Shown: piece after piece, positions 18,101 through 29,047 of the stretch
Layout of the letters: each line of letters opens with the position of its first letter
Numbering within the stretch: the first letter of the stretch is position 1
Source of the DNA: Paludibacteraceae bacterium
Lineage (GTDB): Bacteria > Bacillota_I > Bacilli_A > RFN20 > CAG-826
Reading direction: 5' to 3'
NCBI GenBank assembly: GCA_963621535.1
Contig: CAVFEQ010000002.1
Location: 15,362-79,361 of the forward strand
Length of the DNA stretch: 64,000 nucleotides
The notes under the pieces: generated by a model
Seen by the model: the letters and a program-made list of their open reading frames with translations, nothing else
Database searches by the model: none
What the model was told of the DNA's origin: nothing
Made by a program: the position numbers and the translations under genes

Positions 18101-18973
18101 GATAAGATGTCCGGCCGTCACGGTAATAAAGGCGTCATCTCCAAGATCCTTCCGGTCGAGGACATGCCTTTCCTTGCCGACGGCACCCCGATTGATATCC
18201 TTCTTTCCCCGATGGGCGTCCCTTCCCGTATGAACATCGGCCAGATTCTTGAAGTCCACTTGGGCCTTGCTTGCCGCAAGCTCCAGATGAGAGTCGCCAC
18301 CCCCGTCTTCGACGGCGTGAGCAATGAAGAGCTCTTCGACATCATGAAGAAAGCCGGGCTGAGTGAAGACGGCAAAACCGTCCTTTATGACGGGCAAACC
18401 GGCGAGCCTTATGGTGAGCGCATCTCCGTCGGCGTCCAGTACATGATCAAACTCGTGCACATGGTCGACGACAAACTGCACGCCCGCGCCACCGGACCTT
18501 ATTCCCTCGTCACGCAGCAGCCTCTTGGCGGCAAAGCGCAGAATGGCGGACAGAGGTTCGGCGAGATGGAGGTCTGGGCCCTTGAAGCTTATGGGGCCGC
18601 GCACATCCTCCAGGAAATGCTTACCATCAAATCCGACGACCGCGTCGGCAGAAGAAAGACCTACGAAGCGATCATCAAGCAGCTCCCCATCCCGAAGCCC
18701 GGCATGCCCGAGGCCTTCAAAGTCTTGGTCAAGGAACTCAAAGGCCTTTGCCTCAACGTCAACTTGTACAAGAAGGATGGCAGCAAGATCGACCTCGACG
18801 AGCTCACCAAGCAAGCCCTCATCGAGGAGAAGAAAGTCAATTCTTCCATCCGCAACGCGATGTCTCCTAAGGAAGAGGAAGTCGACCCCGCCGCAACCAT
18901 CGAAGTCGCTAATGACATGGCCGCGGAAGAAGGGTTCTCGGTTTCCGATAGAATCCCCGGGAGCGAAGAATAA
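15170..18973 (+). CDS. rpoB: DNA-directed RNA polymerase subunit beta
   Basis: 1267-aa ORF with conserved beta blocks ([55 protein letters not shown]). Confidence 0.98.
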   Translation: MPQEEKFDHQLLNYKDPNGVPYAVGANGRINFSKISGKLPLPYLVEIQTDSYRWFLKQGLDEAFREIFPIYSFSGKIQINYVSSRLEEPKYTPLECKAGDLTYSSKIKVALRLVLESGEIKDADVFMGELPLMTESGTFIVNGAERVIVSQIVRSPGAYFQDTVDKDGKHIYNGEIIPGHGTWLQFESDPKGVLYVRIDRQRKMPATTLFKALGIDKEKELIQLFGKSDNMLATIKKDDSIKSSAGALIDIFQKLKPGEPVTPDGSVDFLVTKFFDEKRYNLGPAGRFKYAQKLGLYERLPGRVLAEDLIDNHPEGCTIDVDGHIFNADGELVEPKVLFKEGHKLTKEEVDSLRDSEFFERGNYEKKIASNEKIDKYSNVNVIHVYAQDKQGEEVVPMVGTDLNLTLNRVTISDMVACFSYFCNIQSGLGQTDDIDHLGNRRIRCVGELLQEQFRKGLSKMTKTVQQRMSISDFESMTPQSLVNIRPLTSSVREFFSSSQLSQFMDQVNPLAELTNKRRISALGPGGLTRDRASMEVRDVHYTHYGRICPIESPEGQNIGLINNLACYAKVNQYGFIETPFREVLHMDDGRSFVVEGDFKGDGSVEYKAKYLSADAERNHYIAESNIRLGEACHLKDLYANADHDCLVKEILDEKVVARHDEDNLETEKEKVDYVDVSPRQIVSIAAASIPFLDHDDATRALMGANMQRQALPLLSPEIPYVGTGMEQIIARDSGLAVVATKDGEVVYMDSKKIQTKNGKEVVTYDLQKFDRTNNGTCMNQTPIVHVGDKVKAGDIIADGPAMRHGELALGHNVLVAYMTWHGYNYEDAIIMSERMVKDDVYTSIHIEKYEIECRDTKLGNEEITRDVPNVGEDAKAFLDERGIIIPGAEVKEGDILVGKITPKGQTEPTPEEKLLMAIFAEKAKEGKDSSLRVPHGGAGIVHAVKIFSRKNKDPLPPGVNTVVRVYIVQKRKISEGDKMSGRHGNKGVISKILPVEDMPFLADGTPIDILLSPMGVPSRMNIGQILEVHLGLACRKLQMRVATPVFDGVSNEELFDIMKKAGLSEDGKTVLYDGQTGEPYGERISVGVQYMIKLVHMVDDKLHARATGPYSLVTQQPLGGKAQNGGQRFGEMEVWALEAYGAAHILQEMLTIKSDDRVGRRKTYEAIIKQLPIPKPGMPEAFKVLVKELKGLCLNVNLYKKDGSKIDLDELTKQALIEEKKVNSSIRNAMSPKEEEVDPAATIEVANDMAAEEGFSVSDRIPGSEE

Positions 18974-18992
18974 AGAAAGCGAGGAATGAACA

Positions 18993-21900
18993 ATGTCTGA
19001 TGAAATCAAAATTGAAGATACTGTCGTGACGGAAGAGGAACCTCGCCTCCCTCGTCGCGAGCGTCACGTCGAGTCTTTCGACGTCAACGACCTCGCTTCC
19101 GTCTCCGTCGGCCTTGCTAGCCCGGAGATGATCCGCAACTGGAGCAAAGGCGAAGTCACCAAAGCCGAAACCATCAACTACCGCTCCCAGAAACCGGAGA
19201 TGGGCGGCCTTTTCTGCGAGAAGATCTTCGGCCCGGCCAAAGACTATGAATGCCACTGCGGAAAATACAAAAAGATCCGCCACCAGGGCATCACCTGCGA
19301 GAAGTGCGGCGTCGAAGTCATCTCCAAGGATTGGCGCAGAGAGAGATTCGGCCATATCGAGCTCGTCTCCCCTTGCGCCCACATCTGGTATCTGAAGTCG
19401 ATCCCCTCCAGGATGAGCCTTGTCCTCGACATGACTCCGAAGAACCTCGAGGACATCATCTATTTCGCGGCCCACGTCGTCCTTTATGCCGGCGAGAAGA
19501 AGAAGCCTAATGGCGAGCCTTACCAGACCATCAAGTACAAGGACTACCTCTCCGAGGCCACTGCCCGCGTCGAATTCACCGAGGCCATCAAGGAAATCCT
19601 TGGGACGCTCGATGAGAGCAACAGCGACTACTCGAAGGGCCACGAGCTCATCGAGAAGATGCAGAACCCCCAAGAGACCTTCGACTTCTACACGATCAGC
19701 CAATACATCAACAAATACACCGGCGCCGAATTCGGGGAGGGCGCTGAAGCCATCAAAGAGCTGCTCCACAACGTCAACCTCGAAGAGGAATTCAAGGCCA
19801 TCAACGAGGCCATGAAACATTCTTCGACGCAAAACCGCTTGAAGCTCTCCAAACGCCTTGAGGCCATCAACGCCTTCAAGGATTCCAACCAGAAGCCTGA
19901 ATGGATGATCCTCGATGCGCTTCCGGTCATTCCGCCTGACCTCCGCCCGATGCTTCAGCTCGACGGCGGGCGTTTCGCCGCGAGCGATCTCAATGATCTC
20001 TACCGCCGCGTCATCATCCGCAACAACCGTCTGAAGAAGCTCATCGACATGTCCGCCCCATACGTCATTCTCATGAACGAGAAACGTATGCTTCAGGAAG
20101 CCGTCGATGCGCTTATTGATAACGGCAGACGCACCAAAGCCGTCACCGGTCCTAGCGGCCGTCCTTTGAAGTCCCTTTCTTCGGGATTAAAAGGTAAGCC
20201 TGGACGTTTCCGTCAGAACCTCCTTGGGAAGCGTGTTGATTATTCCGGACGTTCCGTCATCGCGGTCGGGCCGAATCTACGCATGTATCAATGCGGGTTG
20301 CCTAGAGAAATGGCGATCCAGCTCCTCCGTCCGTTCATCGCGGCGATCCTTATTGAAAGGAAGATCGTCTCCGCGCATAAGGCCGCGGACAAATTCATCG
20401 ACCGTTATGATCCGGTGGTCTTCGACATCGTCGAGGAAATCATCTCTGATCACCCGGTGTTGCTTAACCGCGCGCCGACCCTCCACCGCCTCTCGATCCA
20501 GGCCTTCCAGCCTGTCCTCGTCGACGGCAGGGCGATCCGTCTGCATCCGCTCGTCTGCCCTGGCTTCAACGCCGACTTCGACGGTGACCAGATGGCCGTC
20601 CATGTCCCGCTTAGCCGCGCGGCTCAGAAAGAAGCCGTCGAGCTCATGCTGGCTTCCAACAACATCCTCGGTCCGAAAGATGGCAAAGCCATCGTCGTTC
20701 CTAGCCAGGACATGATCCTTGGCAACTTCCACCTCACCACCGAAGAATCCCGCAAGGACTTCCAGGATAGGGCGGATGCTCTGCAAGCGATCGAGGCGAA
20801 AGAAGAGAAACAGAAGACCGGCGTCTATGAGCGCAAAGCCGTCCTTGAGATGGCCGAGAAGAATCTCGAATGGAAAGAGATGGAAGGCAAAATCTTCCAT
20901 AGCGTCTCCGAGGTTCGCCTCGCTTATGAATCCGGCGTGGTTTCGCTGCATAACCGCATCGCGATCCCCGCTAACGCCATCCATAAGGACCTTGGCTCAG
21001 GCATCCCTGAGGATGTGGCCAAAAAGTACCTCATCACCAGCGTAGGCAAGATCATCTTCAACGAAGTCTTCCCCGACGACTTCCCTTATATCAATGACGT
21101 TCCCCATCCGGGCGAATCCCTCGATTACATGGAAGAGTGGTTTGTTAGCCCAGCGGACGTCAAAGAGAAACTAGGCAAGGATTACAAAGAAGATTCTTCC
21201 CTTTCTCCTCTTGCCCAATACATCGATACCCTTCCGCTTAAAAAGCAGATCGGCAAAAAGCAATTAGGACCTCTCATCGACATGGTCTTCAAGAAGTATG
21301 GCGCCGCGAAAACCAGCGCCGTCCTCGACAAGATCAAAGACCAGGGCTTCTACTTCTCCATGATTTCTTCCGTCACCGTCTCCATCGATGACATCAAGGA
21401 AGGAAGCATCGGCAGCGCGAAAGCCAAGCTCGTCGCCGAAGGCAACAAGAAGGTCGACCAGATCGAGAAGTTCTACAAACTCGGCTTCCTCACCGCGAAA
21501 GAACGCCACAAACAGATCGTCGACATTTGGACCAAATGCACCAAAGACGTCGCCGAAGAAGTCAGCAAGGCCATGAAGGAGAACAAGCGCAACCCGCTCG
21601 TCATCATGGCGGATTCCGGCTCCCGTGGCTCGCTTGACAACTTCAAGCAGCTCATCGGCATGAAGGGCCTTGTCGCTAACCCGAAGAACGAGGAAATCGA
21701 AATCCCGATCGTCTCTTCTTACCGCGTCGGCTTAAAGGTCTCCGAATACTTCAACAACACCCACGGCTCCCGTAAAGGCGCCGCGGACACCGCGCTTAAG
21801 ACCGCGGACTCTGGCTACCTCACCCGTCGTCTTGTCGACGTCTCGCAAGATGTCATCGTGCGCGAAGAGGATTGCCACTGCGACCATGGCTTCATGGTTC

Positions 21901-23066
21901 GCGAAATCCGCAACACCGCCCAGGACAAAGTCGTCGAGACCCTCGATGACCGCATCTCCGGCCGTTATGCGATGCACGACATCATCAACCCGCTGACCGG
22001 CGAGATCATCGTCGAAGGCAACACCATGATCAACGACGATGAGGCCAAAGCCATCGTCGCCTGCGGCATCAAGGAAGTGGAGATCCGCACGATCTTCACC
22101 TGCGAGACCAAAGACGGCGTCTGCCAGCATTGCTACGGCAAGAACATGGCGACCGGCAACCTCGTTTCCATTGGCGACGCGGTCGGCATCATGGCCGCCC
22201 AGTCCATCGGTGAACCGGGTACCCAGCTCACCATGCGTGTCTTCCACACCGGCGGTATGGCTGGTAGCGACATCACGACCGGTCTTCCCCGTGTCCAGGA
22301 GCTCGTTGAAGCCAGGAACCCGAAGGGCGAAGCCTGCATCTCCGAGATCTCTGGTACCGTAAAGAGCATCACTCCTGAAGACGAGAAATACAAAGTCGTC
22401 GTCGCCAATGACCTTGAAGAGAAGGAATATGAGACCAACTACGGTGCCCATCTCCGCGTCAAGGTCGGCGACAAGATCGAAAACGGCGGCAAGATCACCG
22501 AAGGCGCCATCAATCCCCGCAAGCTTCTTGAGGTTGGCGGCGTGGAGAAACTCGAGGTCTATATCCTTAAGGAAATCCGCAAAGTCTATCACGCTCAGGG
22601 CATCGGCATCTCCGACAAGCACCTTGAGATCATCATCCGTCAGATGCTCCGCAAAGTAGTCATCGTCGATGGCGGCGACACCAAGATGCTTCCTGGCTCC
22701 CGCGTCGATATGGACCGCTTCACCGAAGAGAACGCCGCTGTGCTTCTTTCTGGAGGCAAACCGGCGATCTGCGAGCCACTCGTCCTTGGTATCACCAAAG
22801 CCGCGCTTGAGACCGACTCCTTCCTCTCCGCCGCTTCCTTCCAGGAAACGACCCGCGTCCTCACCGACGCCGCGGTGAAGAACCGCGTCGACGTCTTGCA
22901 CGGTCTGAAAGAGAATGTCATCACTGGCAAACTCATCCCCGCTGGTACTGGCCTTGCCACTGCTGAAGAAGCCGATGAAGCCGATAGCTTCTCCGTCTCC
23001 GAGGCGATGAAACAGGTCAAAGCCAAATACATCGAAAAGCACGACCGCGCTGATCAAGAAGACTGA
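18993..23066 (+). CDS. rpoC: DNA-directed RNA polymerase subunit beta'
   Basis: 1357-aa ORF with the N-terminal zinc motif ([20 protein letters not shown]) and the catalytic [12 protein letters not shown] motif. Confidence 0.98.
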   Translation: MSDEIKIEDTVVTEEEPRLPRRERHVESFDVNDLASVSVGLASPEMIRNWSKGEVTKAETINYRSQKPEMGGLFCEKIFGPAKDYECHCGKYKKIRHQGITCEKCGVEVISKDWRRERFGHIELVSPCAHIWYLKSIPSRMSLVLDMTPKNLEDIIYFAAHVVLYAGEKKKPNGEPYQTIKYKDYLSEATARVEFTEAIKEILGTLDESNSDYSKGHELIEKMQNPQETFDFYTISQYINKYTGAEFGEGAEAIKELLHNVNLEEEFKAINEAMKHSSTQNRLKLSKRLEAINAFKDSNQKPEWMILDALPVIPPDLRPMLQLDGGRFAASDLNDLYRRVIIRNNRLKKLIDMSAPYVILMNEKRMLQEAVDALIDNGRRTKAVTGPSGRPLKSLSSGLKGKPGRFRQNLLGKRVDYSGRSVIAVGPNLRMYQCGLPREMAIQLLRPFIAAILIERKIVSAHKAADKFIDRYDPVVFDIVEEIISDHPVLLNRAPTLHRLSIQAFQPVLVDGRAIRLHPLVCPGFNADFDGDQMAVHVPLSRAAQKEAVELMLASNNILGPKDGKAIVVPSQDMILGNFHLTTEESRKDFQDRADALQAIEAKEEKQKTGVYERKAVLEMAEKNLEWKEMEGKIFHSVSEVRLAYESGVVSLHNRIAIPANAIHKDLGSGIPEDVAKKYLITSVGKIIFNEVFPDDFPYINDVPHPGESLDYMEEWFVSPADVKEKLGKDYKEDSSLSPLAQYIDTLPLKKQIGKKQLGPLIDMVFKKYGAAKTSAVLDKIKDQGFYFSMISSVTVSIDDIKEGSIGSAKAKLVAEGNKKVDQIEKFYKLGFLTAKERHKQIVDIWTKCTKDVAEEVSKAMKENKRNPLVIMADSGSRGSLDNFKQLIGMKGLVANPKNEEIEIPIVSSYRVGLKVSEYFNNTHGSRKGAADTALKTADSGYLTRRLVDVSQDVIVREEDCHCDHGFMVREIRNTAQDKVVETLDDRISGRYAMHDIINPLTGEIIVEGNTMINDDEAKAIVACGIKEVEIRTIFTCETKDGVCQHCYGKNMATGNLVSIGDAVGIMAAQSIGEPGTQLTMRVFHTGGMAGSDITTGLPRVQELVEARNPKGEACISEISGTVKSITPEDEKYKVVVANDLEEKEYETNYGAHLRVKVGDKIENGGKITEGAINPRKLLEVGGVEKLEVYILKEIRKVYHAQGIGISDKHLEIIIRQMLRKVVIVDGGDTKMLPGSRVDMDRFTEENAAVLLSGGKPAICEPLVLGITKAALETDSFLSAASFQETTRVLTDAAVKNRVDVLHGLKENVITGKLIPAGTGLATAEEADEADSFSVSEAMKQVKAKYIEKHDRADQED

Positions 23067-23077
23067 TTCTTCTAGGA

Positions 23078-23108
23078 AGCTCACCTTCGAAAGGGGGTGA
23101 GCTTTTTT
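23078..23108 (+). terminator. Rho-independent terminator after rpoC
   Basis: AGCTCACC pairs perfectly with GGTGAGCT. The stem extends inward to a GAAA tetraloop and is followed by T6. Confidence 0.85.
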
Positions 23109-23113
23109 GCGTC

Positions 23114-23138
23114 AAAAAGCCCGCAAAAACGAAAAATA
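23114..23138. repeat. 25-nt repeat AAAAAGCCCGCAAAAACGAAAAATA (candidate left att-like copy)
   Basis: Matches 29218-29242 at 24 of 25 positions and 38701-38725 at 23 of 25, all in direct orientation. A 16-nt core also occurs inverted at 10988-11003. Confidence 0.85.
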
Positions 23139-23430
23139 TCTCTATTTGGCCGGGGGCGGTATTTGAGAAATTGCATCTTTTTTCCCTTTCACTGTGCGGA
23201 GAAAAGAAGCGCCTTTTGCGGACTCACTTTTTGAAACTTTTTTGTTTTTCCTCCTTCCAATGGCTAGATGAAAAAGCTGGCGGTTTTGGTGAATAGATTT
23301 TTCTGAAAACGAAAAAGCCACCATCGGCACGACAGAGTTATCAATTTTGGTATGGCAATTCGATAGACAAATTAGAGATAAAGTGATATAAAATGTTAAA
23401 CAGTGTTATTTAGGAACAAAGGTGCAAAAT

Positions 23431-23637
23431 ATGAAAATGGATTATGCTAGTGCTTTAAGGCAACTAAGGGCGGAATTGAACCTGTCCCAACATGAATTTG
23501 CTGATTATCTACATGTGTCATTCGTTTCGGTCAACCGCTGGGAAAACGGGAAATTCGAGCCTACAGTCCTCGTGAAGGAAAGGCTTAAGAAATTATTTAA
23601 GCAGTACAACATAGAATTGGAGGTAATGGATCAATGA
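23431..23637 (+). CDS. XRE-family HTH protein (controller-like), first gene of the AT-rich operon
   Basis: Carries an HTH_3 signature (LRQLRAELNLSQHEFADYLHVSFVSVNRWENGKFEP). Its stop overlaps the next start (ATGA). ATG 23431 is preferred over the ORF-track GTG 23422. Confidence 0.8.
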   Translation: MKMDYASALRQLRAELNLSQHEFADYLHVSFVSVNRWENGKFEPTVLVKERLKKLFKQYNIELEVMDQ

Positions 23638-24296
23638 AAGGCCAAGTGAAATCCAAACAAAGAGTCAGAGATCATGGGGAGGTTTTCACCAACGAGCGCG
23701 AGGTGAACGCCATGCTAGATTTAGTAAAGGATGAAACCGAAAACATCGAATCCACGTTTTTGGAACCAGCCTGTGGCGATGGCAACTTTCTTTCAGAGAT
23801 TATTCGTAGAAAACTCGCAATTGTAAAAGAAAGATACGGCAAGAATTTGGAAAATTACGAAAAGTATTCAATCGTTGCCGTCTCCTCGGTATACGGAGTT
23901 GAATTGCTGAGGGATAACGTTATTGCCTGCATCGACAGGCTGTACAATATATGGAACGATGAATACTCGGAGATTGCAAAAAAGCAAATCAACAAAGACG
24001 TCCAGAATGCGTGCAAATATATCCTCAAGAAAAATATATTGTGCGGAGATGCTTTGACCTTGAAGCAAGAAAATGGCGAACCGATCATCTTCGCGGAATG
24101 GAAGCTCGTCAGTGGTTCTATGCTCAAAAGACGTGATTATCGATTGGATCAGATTTTGGAAGCACAAAACGATACTCCGAGCCTATTTTGGTTCGCAGAT
24201 GGTTGGGAATATGATGAAGAGACAAAGGAATATATCCCTGCTCCAATAAAGGAATTCCCTTTAACCGATTTCAGAAGGGTACAAGATTATGAATAA
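23634..24296 (+). CDS. DNA-methylase-like protein with a SAM-binding motif I but no catalytic motif IV
   Basis: 220 aa. It has [17 protein letters not shown], the canonical motif [13 protein letters not shown] (nt 23763-23792), and NILCGDAL with FAEW, which resemble the GNSL and FDW elements of Eco57I/PglX-type enzymes. No NPPY or DPPY is present anywhere. Confidence 0.65.
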   Translation: MKGQVKSKQRVRDHGEVFTNEREVNAMLDLVKDETENIESTFLEPACGDGNFLSEIIRRKLAIVKERYGKNLENYEKYSIVAVSSVYGVELLRDNVIACIDRLYNIWNDEYSEIAKKQINKDVQNACKYILKKNILCGDALTLKQENGEPIIFAEWKLVSGSMLKRRDYRLDQILEAQNDTPSLFWFADGWEYDEETKEYIPAPIKEFPLTDFRRVQDYE

Positions 24297-25842
24297 AGTC
24301 AACTACAATCCGGATGTATTATCTTGCATCGCCAATTTGAGCAACGATGAGGTTTTCACTCCGCCGGAACTCGCAAATGACGTACTTGATTTATTGCCAA
24401 AGGAGATATGGAAAGACAAAAACGCCAAGTTCTTGGATCCTTTTTGCAAATCCGGCGTGTTTCTTAGAGAAATCGCCAAAAGACTATTGGAAGGGTTAAA
24501 AGACGAAATACCAGATCTGCAAGAAAGAATCGATCACATCTTCCATAATCAAATTTATGGCATCGCAATTACCGAACTTACAAGCCTGCTTTCAAGAAGG
24601 AGCGTCTACTGCTCTAAATACCCAAACTGCAAATATTCCATTTCCAAATTCGATGATGTGGATGGCAATATTCGCTTTAAGAGAACAGAGCATACTTGGA
24701 AAGACGGCAAATGCGTTTTTTGCGGAGCTTCGCAAAAAGAATACAAAAGAGACAAAGAACTGGAGACTTATGCCTATGAGTTCATCCATACATTGAAACC
24801 GGAGGAAATATTCAACATGAAATTTGATGTTATTTGCGGCAATCCGCCTTATCAATTAAATGACGGTGGAAACGGGGCGAGTGCCATGCCTATCTATCAA
24901 AAGTTTATTCAACAGTCGATAAAATTAAAACCTAAATACCTGACAATGATAGTTCCTTCACGATGGTTTGCTGGCGGAAGAGGACTAGACTCTTTTAGAG
25001 ATGAAATGTTGCATGATAATAGGCTTCGCAAAATTGTTGACTTTCCAAACGCGGCCGATTGTTTTCCAGGAGTGGAAATTAAAGGTGGAGTATGCTATTT
25101 CTTGTGGAGTAGAGATGAAAGAGGGCTATGCGAAGTTACTACTAAAAACGGGAAAGAAAGCAACACGGCTATTAGGCCTTTGCTTGAAAAAGGATGTTCG
25201 ACTTTCATAAGATACAATCATTCCATTTCCATTTTGCAAAAAATACGTAAGTTAAACGAAAAGACTTTTAATGAACTGATTACCCCTAACGATCCTTTTG
25301 GCTATGACGTTAGAGTTGAAAATAGCTACACCAGAATTAAACCCGATATTAAAAAAGAAAAATTTAATAATTGCGTGAAGATTTATTACTATGGTTGGAA
25401 AAGAGACGGTATAGGGTACATAGATAGAAACACAGTAAGGAAAAATCTCAATTGTATCGAGGATAAGAAAATCTTTATTTCAAGAGCTTATGGTGCGGGT
25501 GAAGTTTTTCCACACCAAATTCTCGGAGTGCCGTTCATTGCCGACAAATGTTCCGTATGTACTGAAACTTATTTAATGATTGGCCCATATAAGGATGATA
25601 ATATTTTGCACAATATTTTGTCTTATATCTCAACTAAATTTTTCAGATTTTTGGTAATGTTAAAGAAAAACACGCAGAGTGCTACGCCTGCTGTGTATGA
25701 ACTAGTCCCTGTTCAAGATTTTTCTAAAACATGGACAGATGAAGGCTTATATAAGAAATACGGACTTACAAATGAAGAAATTTCATTTATTGAGTCTATG
25801 ATCAAACCCATGGATTTAAATAACCCAGCTGAGGAGGAGTGA
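24289..25842 (+). CDS. N6-adenine DNA methyltransferase, Eco57I-like (gamma class)
   Basis: 517 aa. It has [17 protein letters not shown], a degenerate motif [13 protein letters not shown] with no GxG, the catalytic [11 protein letters not shown] (NPPY at nt 24841-24852), an inserted 4-Cys cluster (C-x4-C...C-x2-C, nt 24610-24723) and a long C-terminal TRD-like region. Confidence 0.8.
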   Translation: MNKVNYNPDVLSCIANLSNDEVFTPPELANDVLDLLPKEIWKDKNAKFLDPFCKSGVFLREIAKRLLEGLKDEIPDLQERIDHIFHNQIYGIAITELTSLLSRRSVYCSKYPNCKYSISKFDDVDGNIRFKRTEHTWKDGKCVFCGASQKEYKRDKELETYAYEFIHTLKPEEIFNMKFDVICGNPPYQLNDGGNGASAMPIYQKFIQQSIKLKPKYLTMIVPSRWFAGGRGLDSFRDEMLHDNRLRKIVDFPNAADCFPGVEIKGGVCYFLWSRDERGLCEVTTKNGKESNTAIRPLLEKGCSTFIRYNHSISILQKIRKLNEKTFNELITPNDPFGYDVRVENSYTRIKPDIKKEKFNNCVKIYYYGWKRDGIGYIDRNTVRKNLNCIEDKKIFISRAYGAGEVFPHQILGVPFIADKCSVCTETYLMIGPYKDDNILHNILSYISTKFFRFLVMLKKNTQSATPAVYELVPVQDFSKTWTDEGLYKKYGLTNEEISFIESMIKPMDLNNPAEEE

Positions 25843-28712
25843 AAATGGCAAAAGATTTCTTTCCTCAAAAGCCAAACGCAAAACCGATGATATATGCCTA
25901 TGAAGATAGTAATCCGCAATATGCCGGCTATTTGAAAATCGGTTATACAACAATTGGAGTAGAAGAGAGGGTTAGGCAACAATACCCTACTTTGAGACCC
26001 AATGGCACAAGCCCATACAAAATCGTCTTTGCCGAATCTGCCATGTATACCGATGGCGGCAATTTCATGGACCATGACATCCATAAATATCTGGATAAAA
26101 AAGGGTTCAAGAATGTCGGTGGTGAATGGTACAAGTGCAGCGTCGATGACGTAAGGGCGGCTTGGATTGCCGTTCGCTCACATACAAAAAACGAGGAAAA
26201 CAGGACGTTGAATTTTGCCATGCGTCCAGAACAAGCAGAAGCCGTCAACAAGACAATGCTTTACTTCGACTCCGTCTATCAAGACAGAAAACACAACATA
26301 CCCAAATTTCTTTGGAACTGCAAAATGCGGTTCGGCAAGACATTTGCCTCTTATGAACTCGCCAAGAAGATGGGCATGAAGAGAATCTTGATCCTGACTT
26401 TCAAGCCTGCCGTCCAATCTGCTTGGGAAGACGATCTTAAGCAACACGTGGATTTCGAAGGATGGCAGTTCGTTTCTCGTGATGGTTTAAGATATGAAGA
26501 CGCAGATAAAGAAAGACCTATCGTTTGCTTCGGATCGTTTCAAGACTATTTAGGAATCAACAAGGAAACAGGCGGAATCAAGCCTAAAAACGAATGGGTT
26601 CATACCATCAATTGGGATTTGGTCATCTTCGACGAGTATCACTTCGGTGCTTGGAGGGATAACGCCAAAAAGCTATTTGAGAATCCTGATGACGAAAAGG
26701 AAGACGTCGATAACAGCAACCATAATGAATTGCTTGATGAGACGTGGCTTCCTATAACCACCAAATATTATTTGTATTTGTCGGGTACACCATTCAGAGC
26801 CATCAATTCCGGCGAATTCATAGAAGAACAAGTCTATAACTGGACCTATTCCGATGAACAAAGAGCCAAAGAAAACTGGAAAGGACCGGACAATCCATAT
26901 GAAGCTTTGCCACGAATGGTAATGATGACTTATGAGATTCCCGAAGCAATCAGAAGAGTTGCTATAAATGGCGAATTCAATGAGTTCGACCTCAATATGT
27001 TTTTCGAAGCGGAAGGCAAAGGCAAAGATGCACGCTTTATTTTCGAAAACGAAGTTCAGAATTGGTTGGATTTAATTCATGGTGCTTATCTTGATACTTC
27101 TATTGATGAACTGAAAGTAGGCACGAAGCGTGGGCAATCATATCTTCCTTTCAAGGAAACTGCCTTATTAAATGTTTTGAGTCATACATTATGGTTTTTG
27201 CCTAATGTGGCTTCGTGCGATGCGATGGAGAACTTGCTTAAACAAAAGCAGAACAATTTTTATCATACATACAAAATTAATAACTGCTCTGGCACGAAAG
27301 CCGGCGTCGGCCTTGATGCGTTATATCCGGTTCTCGAATCAATGGACGATCCTCTTGAATCAAAGACGATCACGCTTACATGTGGCAAGTTATGCACTGG
27401 CGTTACCGTCAAACCATGGACCGGCATATTTATGCTTCGAAACCTCTCCACCCCAGAGACTTATTTCCAATCGGCATTCAGAGTTCAGTCTCCTTGGGAG
27501 GTAAAAACCGAGACTGGAAAAAAAGAAATCATCAAGAAAGAATGCTATGTTTTCGATTTTGCTTTGGACAGGGCTTTGAAGCAAATCGCTGATTATGCGA
27601 CCAAGCTCGACATAAACGAGCCAAACCCAGAAAAGAAAGTTCGAGATTTCATCGATTTCTTACCAGTTCTAGCCTACAAAGACGGTGCGATGAAAGAAAT
27701 CGACGCAGGAGAAATCCTGGACATCGCTATGAGCGGAACTACGGCTTCTCTCCTTGCTCGTAGATGGGAGTCGGCATTGCTCGTTAACGTCGATAATGCG
27801 ACGCTGCAACGCCTCCTAAATAGTGAGCGAGCCATGGAAGTTTTGATGAAAATCGAGGGTTTCAGGAGCCTTAACAAAGACATCACCACAATCATCGCGA
27901 AATCCGAAGATGTGAAGAAGAAAAAGAAAGAACTCGAGAACCCTACGCCAAAAGAAAAAAAGCAGATCTCCGAAGAGGAAAAGGAGTTCAAAAGCAAGAG
28001 AAAAGAGATTCAGGAAAAGCTCATCAAATTCGCCACCCGCGTCCCCGTGTTCATGTATTTGACCGATTACAGGGAATATTCTCTCGAAGATGTCATCACG
28101 AAGCTTGAACCCACACTCTTCAAGAAAGTCACCGGCCTAGACGTCGATGACTTCAATTTGCTTGTTTCTCTTGGGATTTTCAACAAGCCTTTGATGAATG
28201 ATGCAATCTACAAGTTCAAGAGATACGAGGATTCAAGCCTCGAATATACAGGCATCAATAGACACGAAGGCGAAAAAGTGGGCTTGTTCGATACCGTTCT
28301 TACCAACGACGAATATAAACACTTATATGAACTTCAGCAAAAATCTCTAATTGGCAAGAAAACAGCTTATAAGCTCGAAGACTTGGCCAAAGAAAAGAAA
28401 GGCTCTGGATTTGATAAAAACGGGCATGCAGTATCTTCTCAACAGCCAACGAAATCGAATGAATCGGCCTTTGTTTCAAAACCAAGTTCGCCTTCAAACC
28501 AAAAAACAATTGTTACCAAGAAAGAAATTATCGTTGTCGATAAATCTAAAATTGTTGTTGGTGCCAAGGTTTCCCACAAAGCGTTTGGCATTGGATTTAT
28601 TACAGAGTTAAAGGATGAACTTGTCGTTGTTAAATTTGACGAATACCCAGCTGCTAAAAACTTCCAGAATCCACAAGGGTTCGAAAACGGATTCTTAAAG
28701 TTGGAGGAATAA
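25839..28712 (+). CDS. T5orf172/GIY-YIG-like domain fused to an SF2 (ResIII-type) helicase with a Tudor-like C-terminus
   Basis: 957 aa. Residues about 17-112 read [19 protein letters not shown]...DHDIHKYL...GGEWYKC, a T5orf172-like pattern. Helicase motifs are motif I MRFGKT (nt 26334-26342), motif II DEYH (nt 26631-26642), SGTP and [12 protein letters not shown]-rich linker and a C-terminal [14 protein letters not shown]...VVVKF (PcrA/UvrD CTD-like) follow. Confidence 0.75.
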   Translation: MKMAKDFFPQKPNAKPMIYAYEDSNPQYAGYLKIGYTTIGVEERVRQQYPTLRPNGTSPYKIVFAESAMYTDGGNFMDHDIHKYLDKKGFKNVGGEWYKCSVDDVRAAWIAVRSHTKNEENRTLNFAMRPEQAEAVNKTMLYFDSVYQDRKHNIPKFLWNCKMRFGKTFASYELAKKMGMKRILILTFKPAVQSAWEDDLKQHVDFEGWQFVSRDGLRYEDADKERPIVCFGSFQDYLGINKETGGIKPKNEWVHTINWDLVIFDEYHFGAWRDNAKKLFENPDDEKEDVDNSNHNELLDETWLPITTKYYLYLSGTPFRAINSGEFIEEQVYNWTYSDEQRAKENWKGPDNPYEALPRMVMMTYEIPEAIRRVAINGEFNEFDLNMFFEAEGKGKDARFIFENEVQNWLDLIHGAYLDTSIDELKVGTKRGQSYLPFKETALLNVLSHTLWFLPNVASCDAMENLLKQKQNNFYHTYKINNCSGTKAGVGLDALYPVLESMDDPLESKTITLTCGKLCTGVTVKPWTGIFMLRNLSTPETYFQSAFRVQSPWEVKTETGKKEIIKKECYVFDFALDRALKQIADYATKLDINEPNPEKKVRDFIDFLPVLAYKDGAMKEIDAGEILDIAMSGTTASLLARRWESALLVNVDNATLQRLLNSERAMEVLMKIEGFRSLNKDITTIIAKSEDVKKKKKELENPTPKEKKQISEEEKEFKSKRKEIQEKLIKFATRVPVFMYLTDYREYSLEDVITKLEPTLFKKVTGLDVDDFNLLVSLGIFNKPLMNDAIYKFKRYEDSSLEYTGINRHEGEKVGLFDTVLTNDEYKHLYELQQKSLIGKKTAYKLEDLAKEKKGSGFDKNGHAVSSQQPTKSNESAFVSKPSSPSNQKTIVTKKEIIVVDKSKIVVGAKVSHKAFGIGFITELKDELVVVKFDEYPAAKNFQNPQGFENGFLKLEE

Positions 28713-28840
28713 GAGCATGCCAGGTAGCGTTCCGTTTTTGTAGGTAAGCCCCCCAATTGGTATGCCGAAATGATTTGACGTGCTCCCTTTCGGGATCATT
28801 TTTGGCGATAGTTTGCCCGCTGAAAGAAAAGGAGAAACGA

Positions 28841-29047
28841 ATGGAAGAAATCATCAGCGATGCCTTGGCCACCGGCAAAAGGGTGACCACCGTCTACAGC
28901 CCGGAGCTGAAGTTGGCCCTGTTCCGGGAGTATGTGTTCGACGGCCAGGAAGCTTATGACGCGATAATCTCCTGCCTTGGCGCCGAACGCAAAACTGTAT
29001 TTACTCTGCAAACTAGCGGGCCTAAGTCTACGCAAAGTCTACTTTAA
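28841..29047 (+). pseudogene. Possible N-terminal fragment of an IS3-family (IS150-like) OrfA
   Basis: A 68-aa ORF after AAAAGGAGAAA. The stretch VYSPELKLALFREYVFDGQEAY resembles the YSxEFKLxxVxEYLxGxxSY start of IS150-type OrfA. The reading frame runs into the 260-bp repeat and stops there. Confidence 0.3.

Noticed and set aside
16481-19009. An 842-aa ORF antisense to rpoB and the rpoB-rpoC junction. Other very long antisense ORFs lie at 15479-16480, 18909-19832, 20277-20984, 21732-23084, 12704-13420 and 14024-14470.
   Set aside because: These are shadow ORFs. They sit antisense to highly expressed genes with strong codon bias, and their products are low-complexity (rich in D, G, V, A, F and L) with no motifs. 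The sense strands encode unmistakable RpoB, RpoC and ribosomal proteins.
23142-23330. A 62-aa minus-strand ORF in the spacer between rpoC and the HTH gene.
   Set aside because: It has no RBS and a low-complexity basic sequence. It lies in the region carrying the att-like repeat and probable promoter DNA of the island.
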